A stretch of 64,000 nt of DNA from Geosiphon pyriformis uo1 (taxonomy: Eukaryota; Fungi; Glomeromycota). Of the stretch, positions 12,306-25,200 are shown piece after piece. Every line of letters begins with the position of its first letter. The stretch's first letter is position 1. The position numbers were made by a program, and so were the translations under genes. The notes beneath the pieces are model-generated. The model had not been told where the DNA came from, searched no databases, and saw only the letters and a program-made list of their open reading frames with translations. The stretch lies in the NCBI GenBank assembly GCA_016748015.1, contig JAAOMT010000071.1, positions 262,863-326,862 of the forward strand, given 5' to 3'.

Positions 12306-15300
12306 ACATGGATCTAATGACCTATGTTCCAATAGCAAAACTCAAAAAATTCACAGGCAAAGAGAATAACACACAAGTATGGCTAAATGATGTGAAAAAA
12401 GCCATCACAGCCAACAGATAGAATAATGCTAGAACATTCCAAGCCATCTTCTATTTTTTACAAAATACTGCTGACTTGTAGTATCAAAGTTTAGCTGCCA
12501 AACTTCAAACATTCCAGGAATTTAAAATTGCATTCTTGGGATATTTCAGTAATAATAGCAGTATTAATTACCTAGCCAACACCTTTACCACAATCAAACA
12601 AGAAGAAACTGAAGCAATTACTACTTACTTGGAACGTTTTCACAAGAACTTACACTAAATTTAAGCAATCCAAGCTGACTATTTTACAGTACCACAAATT
12701 CTAAACCAGTTTATTTGTGGACTGCACAGTAGCATCCTCCAACACATATGCCCAATACATCCATAAACTTTCCAAGACACAGTTACTAATGTATAAGATT
12801 TCAAAGCCACCAAACTCAAAGCTAATCACACTTAAGCTGTCAATTTAGTGATGAATGGATCATCTGAATTGGATTCTAAGCTGACACAATTCAATGATTT
12901 TATTAACAAAAAATTAGAGGAATACTTAGCTAACAATTAGGCAATTTATTAACCTCCACAATGATGCAATAATTAAGGAAACACAAATTGTTTCCAGAAT
13001 CAGTCATGTCTATCATTCTTGACCAATCAATAGTAGCAGTAGGAAACACGTGTTTGCCACTACTGTGGTAAATAAAGACATTTGAGAATCAACTATAGGT
13101 TAAGACTAGATAACTAATAATTGGAAAATCAATATTGAAATCCTGATTACAGGTTTTAAACTTTGAATTATCAATTAAATCCAGAACTATATCAACTGAA
13201 TTACCTACCTATGATGCAACAGCCAATCTATCAACCACCAGTTTATTAGCTAACAACACCAGTAATGTATTAACCACAGTCCCAACTTATCTATTAACTG
13301 CAGTCTTAAGTAATATATTAATCCCAACTAATTTTAACACTGCCAGCTCAGATGACATCAGAAAATCCCAGATCAATGACCACCCAAAACTGGCAATCAG
13401 CAATGATTGTCTACCAACCAATTTCCAGCTTCTAAAACCAGCTATTAAAATCACATTAGCAGAGTTCAGGAACCAGATACACCCAAACCCAAGTTTTCAG
13501 AACTATTTAAGTCTTCTAGTAACTCCAGAAAATACCACATCTCACAACTTGGAAACCAAACAAAAGCAGCCACTTACCAATAATATCCCACCAGCAACTC
13601 TTACTGAGAACAAATTACTTACTGCTATCTTCTCTTTTGAACTCAAAGAATCAGTTGAAATACTGCTATTCAGTGAAGCTATTCTAGAATCAAAACCCAT
13701 TACTGCAATGTATATGAATGCTAAAGTTGATAGACAGCACATTAAACTGATCCTAAACAGTAGATCAGCTGGCAGCATCATCACACAACAATTCATGGAC
13801 CAATTAGGTCGCTAAGTTGATTGCATTGCCAGTACCAGAATAATAACAACTAATAAAGTGACCAAAACTTTTATTGACAAGATTGATGATTTTCTCTTTG
13901 AAGTAAATAGTATTATTACCCCAATTAAAGTTTTGGTAATAGAAGCTACACAATATCAGACATTAGTTGGTAATGACTGACTAGTCAAAACAAACATCAT
14001 GATTAACTAGAATACACAGAAACTACAGCTTAACCAGAATGGCCAACACATATGAGTATCTGCCATGTGTGGCCACTTTAAGACCACCAACATGCCAGTA
14101 CCACTCATCAAGTTCGAAAAAAAAGAGAAAAAACCTACCTGGGAAGCCTATCAAGTATTATGGGCTGAAGGCGACCACAACAAGTTATCATCAATACTCT
14201 CCTAAGATGACAATGGAAAAAAAAAACAAAAAAAAAAACTTATCTGGAATGCCAACCAAACCTAGAGAACTGACAATAACCAAGAAGAGCTAATAAATTG
14301 GAAGTAGAAAAAAAATACAAAAAAAAAGAAAAAAAGAAGGAAAAAGAACCAATATCAACCACCACTGCTACTTATACTCCATATACATATACTTCACCAC
14401 AACCATTTAACTATTACTGTCCAAAACTGGTATACGTTAATTGCAACAGGAAATTGTCATCAATGGGCACATGTTGTGGCAATGATAAGGAATACCAGAT
14501 GACAATGAAGTTCTATTGCTGCTCATGCCTCGTTGAATGCTTTGAAAAACCAAAATGAGTTGGAAAATGGGATAATGAGCCATGTTTGGCTTGTGAAGAA
14601 ACTCTTTTCAATAAAGAAATGTGGAACAACATTTCTAGAAGAGAAAAAACATGCAACAAATTGTGTCAGTACACAATTCTTATAAGTAACTGGATAAGAA
14701 AAAGAATGCCCATAGATGCTGCCTGAAGACAAGCAGTCAAATGCTTAGATAGATGTCCACACAATGATAACAAAATTTGGCAAATGGCTTTTACCAAAAT
14801 CGAAGAAGTATCATCAAAAGAAATAAGAATAATAAAGAACAACCCACCAGAATCTATAGAACTTAACTGAGACCCAAAACCAGTTATAAATCTACTGGAT
14901 CCAGAATAATTTCATGAACACTACCAGAAATTAGCATCCACTAGAGAGGAACAAGAGCAATAGTTGGAAGAAATAAATACAAGACTATGTGACTATTGTT
15001 TGATCTTATATGACTTCCAATATTGTAATAAGTGTGATCTCATTTACAATCTACTATCATGCATGATCTACACAATCTTGGAAGAAAAAGAACCAATCAG
15101 CAGCTGTGCATCAGAATCAGAATCAACTTTTAATTCTGATTCAAACTCTGACAATAATAATGATGAAAATAATGGTTCCAGCTCTACTCAATATGGCAAT
15201 GAAAATAACAACAATTCAAACTCCAATTCAAACTCCGAAACATATATCACACTTTTTGATCTTACCAAGAAGCAGAAACTAAAATGGTTTAGCAATAACA

Positions 15301-15319
15301 ATGAAGATATTATGCCAGA

Positions 15320-15705
15320 ATGTGCACATGATACTGATGCAGAGTTTAATCTAAAATATCTGGGAAAAGACCCCATCAAATTAAAACTCTATTTACACAT
15401 CTGTATTGATCTCAAAATAGCACTAAAAATTCCAGCAACAACAATAGTTCAGTTAGCATCTAAAAATAGCTTAGCCAAAAAGGAAATCAACATCAGAAGA
15501 GGAATAATTGATACAGGATACATAAGAAATATCATTGCTATGCTACAAAATGACTCAGAAAAGGCATATATCATAGATCCAAATGAAAAGATAGCACAGG
15601 CAATATTCCTGCCTCTGGTTAAAATAGCTTAATTAGTATTAATGAAAAACAGAGAAAAATTAAGGATAATAGCAAGAGGGATACAAGGATTTGGATCAAC
15701 AGATA
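15320..15705 (+). pseudogene. dUTPase domain of B2
   Basis: DAEFNLK, ASKNSLA, GIIDTGY, KIAQAI, ARGIQGFGST. Confidence 0.88.
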
Positions 15706-16615
15706 AAATAGATATACCAGTTAATATGGCAGAAGAAAAAATTATCAACAAGAGAGAAATTATTTTCACTTGTTAACCAATTTCCATTTCACCATATAAC
15801 CAGTACATAGTAATTATAAAGAGAAAAGTAAAGGATCAAGTTCAGATTTTTGAGACAGAGGCAACACTTTGTAAATTAGAAAAGATTGGATTAGTCAATT
15901 TATACATACCAGCCAAAAACCACAGTCATATCAAAATTCCCATTTACAACAACACGGGAAATGTTATTAAGATACCAGAAAGAATTATCATTGGATATTT
16001 AACCATTAAAATTGAAGACCAACTGCCAGACACCATTCCAGACTTTCCACAACTGTGTGAATATGTAAATATTACATCACAAACAATATACAGATAAGAA
16101 AAATGTTATTTGCTCTAACCAAAACAATTAAAACAAATGAACTTGGGAAATCTAGACCCATTTTAATGAATGCAACTCAAAATATTATTCAACAACTTCA
16201 ATGACATCTTTGCCAGCAAAAATAAATTTGGCAGAACTGACATAATTCAACACCAGATCAAGACTAGAAATGCAATACCAATTAAACAGAGAGCATACAG
16301 AGTACCACCAGCTCATGAAATTATTTGTTAAGAAATCAACCAGATGCTTGACAATGGGCTAATTCAGTCATCAATGAGTCCATGGTCATTACCAGTGATA
16401 CTAGTCCGTAAAAAGAATGGGAAAATCTGCTTTTGTGTGAATTACCAGAAACTGAATGGAGTAATCAAAGGAGATAATTACCCGACTCCAAAGATTCAAA
16501 AATTGTTTAATGTTTTTGAAGGACAGAAATGGTTCTTAATACTAGACTTAAACAGTAGTTACTGGCAAATAGTTATGAAACCAAAGGATAAAAAAAAATG
16601 GCTTTTACAACATGA

Positions 16616-17443
16616 TGTTACAGATGATTATTTGGGGTCTCAAGTCAAATAACAAACCCATAACTTGGTGCTTGATTGGTATTTTTGGTGTTGATATCTG
16701 AAGGTTTTTGTGTAGAGTTCTTTGTATAATAGACAGAGATTTAATAATTGTGTTATCCATAGCTTCCTGAAACCACAGTTTCATCAATTTTTTTCTCAGC
16801 ATAATGGCTGGTATTTTTCCTAGTAAGCTATTCTTAATTGAGTATTCTACCCTTATTTCTGGGTCTTTTACCAGTCACTTTGATGTCAGTAACTCCATGC
16901 ATTATTCTTTTTAATCAATTAATACACAATAATAAAACCAAAAAAAAGAAATAAAGAAAAGAAGTAAGAAATAAGCCAAGACAATTTGCAAATTAGTATC
17001 TCATCAATAGCCATGATTAAAAGCTATTGTTCCAGTGTGGTTAAGTATCAATTGTTATCAACATAAAGTGTTAATAGTGATGAGTGAGATTGAGATAGAT
17101 ACTAATTATTTATTGATAGTTGTAAATAGAAGGTTGCTTAGATTAAATCTAAACTGGGTGGTCTGTCTTTTCTACTTCTAATATTACTATTATATATATA
17201 TAATGAGATTTTTCAATTCCTCAATTCTTCACACCAGGAATTCTGGAATTTTTGAAATTCTGCAATTTTTTTTGAGAGGAATCCTGGAATTCTGAAATCC
17301 TGCAATTTCTTGTATAAGAATCCTGAAATTCCTGGAATCCTACAATTCTTCTTGAAAGAAATTCTGGAATTCCACATTTACTATGGCTACTTCTGATTGG
17401 CTAATTTATATGCTAATATACTTTTTATATTTTATAAATAACA
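16616..17443 (-). repeat. 3' LTR of B3
   Basis: Direct repeat of 35521-36351; adjacent to the PPT. Confidence 0.92.
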
Positions 17444-17458
17444 TTATTCTCTTCTTTT

Positions 17459-18127
17459 TAATATTGAACACCATCAAAATCTCCTAAATCTTCTAACTCT
17501 AATTTTCTGTTGTTAAGTATTTCTTAAACTTCTTTTTCGAGAATTACTTGAATTATTTTGTTCTGTAATTTCTCAAATTGGATGTTGGTTATTTTTCCCA
17601 TTTGGTTAACTGAAATAGAGTCCAATTCCAGATTAAGTAAAATTTTTGGTCTGTTCTGGAATTTTGTATATAGCTGATAGATGACTCTTGCTTGTATAGT
17701 CAAATTGTTTTTTCCCACAAATTGTTCCAGTTGTTGCAGTATTGTTGTGTCAAATAATTGTTTTGTTTTATGTGTGTATAAGTTTTGAATATTCAAGTGT
17801 TGTTTTAAGTAGAAATAACAAAAGTTCCTTGGAAATTTGTGTATTCACTATTTCCAAGTTTTTTTAGTCAACTCTTGATATGTGGTAACACTTATTGGTT
17901 CTTCTATTGCTAATTTTATTTTCAGAACCATTTTATTGATAGTGTTTTCTGTTTTCTTTCAACTTTTGTATTTGGGTATCTTTCTGGTATCTCAGTATTG
18001 AATAGTTTGTTAATTGATAGTAATTTCCATATTCTGTTGTTAAATTAGTTGAAAGAGTTGTTGTGTTAGTGAGTGAATGTTGTCAGTGATTTCCATTTTT
18101 CTGAAGTCTTTTGTTGCATCTATTATG
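17459..18127 (-). pseudogene. B3 ORF3 (unknown)
   Basis: Includes ORF 17524-17796 (NIQNLY...QARVIYQLY); homologous to B1/B2 ORF3. Confidence 0.72.
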
Positions 18128-19076
18128 TCTTTATATACTCTTTTTATTGTTCAATTTTACATGTTTGGTTCAATGATTATGATTGGTTCCAGATCTCATA
18201 AAATCTCATCTAGTTGGACTAGTATTTTCTGTATTCTTAATTGTGGAATATTATTGGTAGATGGTGACACTATATGGTGATATGGTTTTAATCAATCACT
18301 ATGTGCTACTTTGGCTAAAATTTTGTTGTTTTATCTTAATTTATAAGCTTCATTGCTAAAAATTTCTTCTATGTGAAATGTTCCATCTTATTTGGGATCA
18401 AATTTTCCACTCTATTGTTTTTCTGCCTTAGTACAATATAGAAGTACTTTGTCTCTAATCTTGAATTCAACTGGTTTATCTGGTAGTTGGTTATCATGTC
18501 TTTCTTTTTGTTTTTTCTGTAACTTTTAAATGTTATCAGCTGCTCTTCACTGTTTGTTTTTTAGTGTTTCTATCAAGTCATATGTTTTTTTTAGCAACGT
18601 TTCCTACAAATTGTCTTCAGTTATTGGTTCTGTTGGATAAATATTGACTTTTATCTTCACTGGTAATGTTGCTGTTCTACCATATTCAAATAGTGTTGTC
18701 TGTATAGTGTCTTGCTTTATTGTTTGATAAGCAAATAATACTGATGATATAAACAAATCTCATTTGTCCTGGTTTTTTTGACTGATCTTGGCAATTGCTT
18801 TACACAATGTTCTGTTAAATCTTTCAACTAACCTATTTGTTTGTGAATGGTATGGTAATAATAATAGTCTTTTTATTCCAAATCTTTGACTTAATTCTGT
18901 CAATATTCTATTTACAAAGTAAGTTCCTTGATCTGATAGTAGTTCTTTTGAACATTTGTGTTGACAGATCAACTCTTGATAAACAAATTCGGCAATAGAT
19001 TCTGTATCTGCTCTTTAAATAGCTTTTGTTTCTGGCCATTTGGTGAGATAGTCCATGGCTACTGTAATATATCTGT

Positions 19077-20055
19077 TGTTACTGGAGGTTTTTGGTCTCT
19101 TCTTAGCTCTTGTATGTTTGTTGTAGTGCTGTTAATTCACGACTATGAGAAGTGTTTGAATCTCTGATAACTGAATTTTATCTTCAAATTATCTCCTATA
19201 ATTTGAATGACTGGGCTTATAAGTGGAATGGCCAATTCCATGCCAGTTACTCATGTAGTTATGTTGTAGTAAATATTAACTCTTTTTCAGAAATTGCTTG
19301 TCTGGAAGCTCACTAAAAATGTGTAGTTACTTTGCTGTGAAAGTCAACTCTTCTACAGGAATTTTGTCTATAGGCTACCCTAATGATTGTAATAAGAAAA
19401 TAAAAATAAAAATAAAAGAAATATAAAAGAAATAGGTTTTTATCAAGAGAACATTTTCTATCCAGGCCTGGAGTTACTAACAGTTTACTAAAATTGGTAG
19501 CTAATCAATTTCAAAATGTTAGTTGGGTTTTGATGATTTTCTAAGTACAATAATTAAAGAATTTGGTTTTTCGAATTATTTGATATTTATTTCTTTTTGT
19601 GTATGTAGGAATGGTTCTAAGTGATAAATCTAAAGTAAGATATATTTTCTCGAAGAGAGAAGCTCTTCTTTTATACAACTTGTTGTAACACTATTCCATG
19701 AACTTGAACTTTGCTCTTTTCTACAATTTCGCTGAACTAAAGATACATTTCGGCAAATTACAAGTTATTTCTGCAAACTATTAGATATTTCGGTGAACTA
19801 TCAATTATTTCGGCAAATTTCTACAAATTTCGGCAAACTTTTGAATATTACATATTTCGGAGTATTGCATGATTGATCATTGCAATTAGGTTACATTTGT
19901 GTTATGTACAAATTGGGTTATTAATTAAATGATAATTTTGGACATTTTGCTAATGTAATAAGTGATAATTTGAAATAATAATATATGCTAATTAATAATA
20001 AAAATTATGAAGATAGTTTCATGCTAAATAATATCTCTAATTTCATCTGATAACA
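19077..20055 (-). repeat. 3' LTR of A2
   Basis: TGTTAC...TAACA; direct repeat of 27954-28932; purine tract AAGAAAAAGG adjacent. Confidence 0.95.
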
Positions 20056-20743
20056 TAACCTTTTTCTTAAGACTGAGCTTCATTAAAGTCCAAGTACTGT
20101 CTGTAATTTCTAGATAATAATCTAAAATTATTGAAAAAATTTGGTCTGAAAATTGTTGAAATTTCAGTTCTGTGAGCTTTCCAATGTATTGAATCTTCAA
20201 AGGTTGTAAAATTGGGTTTTGTAAGATGTTTTCACAGATGTAAAATAGGTCATAAAATCTAAGAGCAGTTTTTAGTTTATAATGACTGTTTGTAGATCCA
20301 GCTGTTGTCTTGAATTTGTTGTGGAGTTGTTTCCAAATAGCTTCTTTTGTGAGGTTTGCTGCTGTAAGCTTCCATTTTTGTTCACGAAGTGTTTTTTCAA
20401 TATAGAAATATCTATATATTGGAGTATAGTTGTAGTTTTCTTCATTAAGACACAGTTGAAGTTTTTGTTGAATAGTAGCATTTGGTGGAATACTAATAGG
20501 AGTGAGCATTAAGTTTTCTCTTAAAGCAAGCTTTAAAAGTTCTGGCAGGTGAATTCCAGAATAACTTCTTGTGTTCTTCTTATATGGGTAATATTTTCGT
20601 GAATTTGGGGCTAAATTTGTAACTACTTCTGTTTGGGTATAATTAATGTGGTTTCCAGTAACAGTAATGGATAATTCGGGTATTGTTTTTAAAGCTAACA
20701 TTAGTTTTTGGGATAATTGCTGAATGTTTTGAAGAATAGTCAT
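20024..20743 (-). CDS. A2 ORF3, unknown protein, still an open frame (239 aa)
   Basis: Lies between integrase and the PPT; shares the N-terminus (I..L.Q.L...I) and YF.(I/L), AR.Y.L(F/Y), (I/M)GK.T...F motifs with B ORF3. Confidence 0.7.
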   Translation of the reverse strand: MTILQNIQQLSQKLMLALKTIPELSITVTGNHINYTQTEVVTNLAPNSRKYYPYKKNTRSYSGIHLPELLKLALRENLMLTPISIPPNATIQQKLQLCLNEENYNYTPIYRYFYIEKTLREQKWKLTAANLTKEAIWKQLHNKFKTTAGSTNSHYKLKTALRFYDLFYICENILQNPILQPLKIQYIGKLTELKFQQFSDQIFSIILDYYLEITDSTWTLMKLSLKKKVMLSDEIRDII

Positions 20744-20916
20744 TATAAGATATTTGAAAATAAAAGAAAATTATTTTTGATGTATGGGTTTTTATGTTAT
20801 TTTTGCTTTGTTTTTGTGAGATTGTTTCTAAATTATAAGAAGATAACTATAATAATAAATTTAAGTTAAGTGTTCAAGTTGGAAGGTTGTTCAATAACAA
20901 CTATTGGTTCTAAATT

Positions 20917-22251
20917 TCAGAAAATATCTTTGGAATTGATTAAAAGGGAATGTATACCAATTTGTGGAATTAATAGTTCAGAATTGTTTCTGGAATTATA
21001 GTGTTTCAAACGATCTCCATGTGCAACTTTTGTTAGGATTTTGTCATCAAGTCTTAGTTTGTATGATCTATTGCCTAGGACTTTATAGATAAAGAATGGT
21101 CCCTTCCATTTATTTTCAAATTTTCTATTCCATTGTTTTTCAGCTTTAGTTCTGTGTAAGAGAACTTTGTTTCCAATTTTAAATTCATTGGTAACTGGAG
21201 GCAATTTGTTGTCATGCTATTCTTTTTGTTGAGCTTGGGAGTGTTTAATATGGGTGGCTGCTATTTGTCGTTTTCCTTCTAATGTGCTAAGCAGAGTATA
21301 GGTTCTTTGTTGTAGTGTTTCCTGAAAGTTGTCTTTATTAATTGGTTGTACTGGATATGTTTCCATTGTGAAACTAATTGGTAATGTTGCTGTCTTTCCG
21401 TAGGTTAGATCAAATGGTGTGTGTTTTGTGGTATCTTGTTTTAGTGTTCTATATACTAGTAACACTGATGGAATAAAGAGATCTCATTCTTGCTCAAAAT
21501 TGGTTGAGACTTTGGCTAATGATTCACACAATGTTCTGTTAAAACGTTCTATAAATCCATTTGTTTGTAAATGGTAGGGCGAAGATAATGGTCTCTTGAC
21601 ATTAAATCGTCCACAAATTTTCTGGATTAAATTGTTCACGAAATGTGTTCCTTGATCAGATAAAAGTTCTATTGGGCATCCATGTTTACAAATAATGTCT
21701 TCGTAGATAAAGTTTGCTACTGATTTTGCATCTGTTCATTGAATGGCTCTGGCTTCAGGCCATTTGGTGAGATAGTTTACAGCTACTGCAATATAATGGT
21801 TTTTTTGGTTTGTGATAGGTAGTGGTCCAACTAAATTGATACCAACTCGGTCAAAAGGCTGTCCAACTTTAATTTGGTTTAAAGGTTCTGTAGAGCAAGT
21901 TCCTTTTCTTCTTTGACAACTATCACAAGACTTAACATATTCATGAATGTCTTTTCTTATTTGAGGCCAAAAGTAATATTCTAGTGTTCTCTGGGTGGTG
22001 CTGTCTTTTTCTAGGTGTGCTGATGAAAGGTTTAAATACATATTATATAAAATGGTTTTTTTTTCATGTTCTTGTATTAATCTGAGTGGATTGTCTGGAT
22101 TTCTGAAGTTTTGATAATAAATCATGTTGTTGTGTAAGAAGTATTGTTTGGGTTGTTGTTGTAACTGATGTTTTTTATCTGAGGACCAATCTGTTGGGAT
22201 TGTTAATGTCTCCAAATATTGTTTAAGATTGTTGTAATTTTCGGGGTTCAT
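20917..22251 (-). pseudogene. A2 integrase (separate ORF2)
   Basis: Own ATG at 22251; CDSC zinc motif, GINLVGPLP, YLTKWPEA, SDQGTHF, WKGPF. Confidence 0.88.
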
Positions 22252-22286
22252 TGTTTGTTAATTCAAATGGATATTGGTTTTGTATT

Positions 22287-25200
22287 CTAATTTTGCCTCA
22301 TTCTTGAAAGACAATCAATGTTGGTATGAAGTTTTCCTGGTTTGTAGTGTATAATATATTGGTAGTTGGCTAAAAATCCTGTCCATCGGGTTTGTTTGGC
22401 ATTCAGCTGAGTGTTTTTATTTTGAAGCCATTTGAGTTCAATATTATCAGTGATAATGTCAAATTCTTTAGGCCTAAGATAAAGGTTGAAGTGGTGTAAG
22501 GCCCAAATTATGGCTGCTGTTTCTAGTTCTGTGGCAGGGTAGTTTTTCTCAACTGGTTTTAATGTTCTGTTAGCATAAGTGATTACTCGCTTATTTTTAT
22601 CTAATTGTGATAAGATGACACCAAAGGCAGTGTAAAAAACGTCTGTAGCTAGCCAAAATCAGTTACTGAAGTCTAAATAGACAAGAATTGAAGCTATTGT
22701 CAGCTTTTCCTTGAGAATTTCAAAAGCTTTTTGGTGTTTTTCTGTCTATTTGTATTTGACATTTTTAGTAGTGAACTGGTTGAAGGGTTTTGTAATTTCT
22801 GAGAATCCTTTAATAAATTTTCGGTAATAAGATGCTAATCCAATAAATCCTCTTAATTCTGTGGTATTTCATGGAGTCTTGAAGTTTTTGACAGTGCTAA
22901 TTTTTCCAGAGTCTGGTTTAATTCCATCTTGGCTAACAATGTGACCAAGAAAGGCCAAACTCATTTTTCTGAAGTAGCATTTTTCGATGTTCAGTTTCAA
23001 TTCTGCTTTCTGTAATTGTTGAAAAACTTTGTGCAGATGTTTTAAGTGTAATTCAAAAGATGGTGAATAAACATCAGTATCATCGAAATAGACAACTACT
23101 GATTTCCAAAGGAGGTCTTTGTAAACAACATCTATGAGTCTTTGGAATGTTGCTAATGCATTGCATAATCTGAAAGGCATTACATTGAACTCGTAATTTC
23201 CTCCTTGAGTAATAAATGCTGTTTTGGGACAATCTTTGGGATTCATGACAACTTGCCAGTATCCACTCTCTAAATCTAATGTTGAAAAGTATTTGGACTT
23301 CCCAAGAGCATCTAGCATGTCATCAATTCAGGGAAGAGGGTAGGCATCTCCAATGGTAACACTGTTGAGTTGTCAATAATCAACACAAAATTGTATCTTT
23401 CCATTTTTTTTTTAACTAAGACCACAGGTGAAATCTATGAACTCATTGATAGTTGAATAAGTCCATTGTTGAGCATCCGTTGTACTTCTTTGCAGATAAA
23501 TTGGTGACTTTCTGGAGCAATTCAGTAGGCTTGCTGTCATCTTGGTTTGGCATCTCCTATATAGATTTGGTGTTAAACCAAATCAGTTCTTCTTAAGTCA
23601 TTGTTGTTTTTGGCAAAGATATTGGCAAATTCTGCAATTAGCTCTTTGAACTGGTTTTGTTGTTGTGATTCAAGTTGTCTCATGTTGATTCGAGATAGTT
23701 TTTCCATGACAACATGGTAGTTTTCAGAACTGGGGTTTGGGTTGATTTTTGGTAGTGAATGTCTAATAATTTCTGAAAAATTGGGAATTATTTAGGGTAG
23801 TTTTTGTTGAAAGATATTACTATGAATAACTCCAATTTCTAAGTTATTTAATAAAACTATGGGGAAATTGTTGGGATTGTAAAAAGTAACTTGGATTTTC
23901 TTTGTTCCTTCTGGAATATAAATGTTTGGGATCAAGATATTATGTTCCAAGCAGATTTGTTTGTTGGACTCAAAAATTTGTTGTGTGGTTGTTGGCTTTT
24001 CACAAGTGTAAATTTCAGGGTGTTCTCCAAAGGGTGAAATGGTAATTGGTTGTGGAAGTCATAAAATCTGGTGAGATTTTTTCTGTTTGTTAAGGGCTAT
24101 GTTTACTGGAACTGTGAATTGTTCAGTTGAATCAAAACCTTGGATTCCTCTTTTACTTTTTCCCAATAGTTTTCTTTGATTAACTAATTGTAAACCCAAA
24201 ATGTTGATTAAAGGTAAATAAATGGCTTGGGCAATTTTCTTGGCATGTTCAATCTTAAATGGCTTGTCAGTTTTGTTATAGAGTATTACTGTTATGTCAC
24301 CAGTATATCTAGTGTCGATTATTCCTCCTCTGACATTGATTCCTTTGCTTGCCAGAAAAGACCAGGAGGTGATTTAAATCATTGCTCCTGGTGGGATTTT
24401 GAGAGCAATTTTGAGGTTGATTTTTGTGAGAGATTTGGGTTTAAGAACAAGAGTATCCTTGTCTAGATATCTTAGGTCATATCCAGCATTAATTTCATGT
24501 GCTTTTTCAGGTTTTATTTCTTGTCCATTGTTGTTGAAGTATTTGAGTTATAAGACAGGCTGATTTTCGATGAGATAGATAGGTGTTGTTTCAATTTCTT
24601 TTGTTGCTTCAGGTTCTCCAAATTCAATTTCATATTCATCACTTTTGCTGGGCAAAGGAATGCTAAGAGCATAGTATTCAGAACACTATTGTTCATTACA
24701 AGGCATTATGCATTCCTTACATAATTTAATGTTCATTTGTTCTAACCATTGAGCTTGAGCTTCTTTAGTCAGGTAGGTGTGACTTGTGATTTGATGGTAC
24801 ACTTTTACTTCATCTTTATAATCGAATCTAGCTAATTCCATAGTGTATTTAATGTATTCTGCTTCTTTCATTTGACAAATATTTTCTTTGGTAACTCTAT
24901 TAACTAATGCCATTGCTAGGTTGAAAATCATCTCAGCATCATGGGGGTAGTGATAAAGTTTGTTGAGAGCATTGTTGTATGTTGCATCAAAAGGTGTTCC
25001 TCTTTTGACTTTTTCGGAAATTGATAAAACATATTGGCAGGTTTAATCGCAGACTTCTCCTCTCATTACTACATCAATCCAATTGTATTCTTCTAATAGC
25101 ATATCTCTACAAGTCAAACAAGGAGTGTTGTTCCATTTTCTGCTTCTTTTTATTAGATGGCCTCATCATTCTCTGTGGCAAGCCTTGCAGTAATAACAAG

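Noticed and set aside
20024-20743. ORF3 as an envelope glycoprotein
   Set aside because: Too short, with no visible signal peptide or transmembrane segment
20917-21204. Chromodomain at the integrase C-terminus
   Set aside because: Only a GPY/F, SH3-like segment and a short tail; no YLVKW-type chromodomain motif
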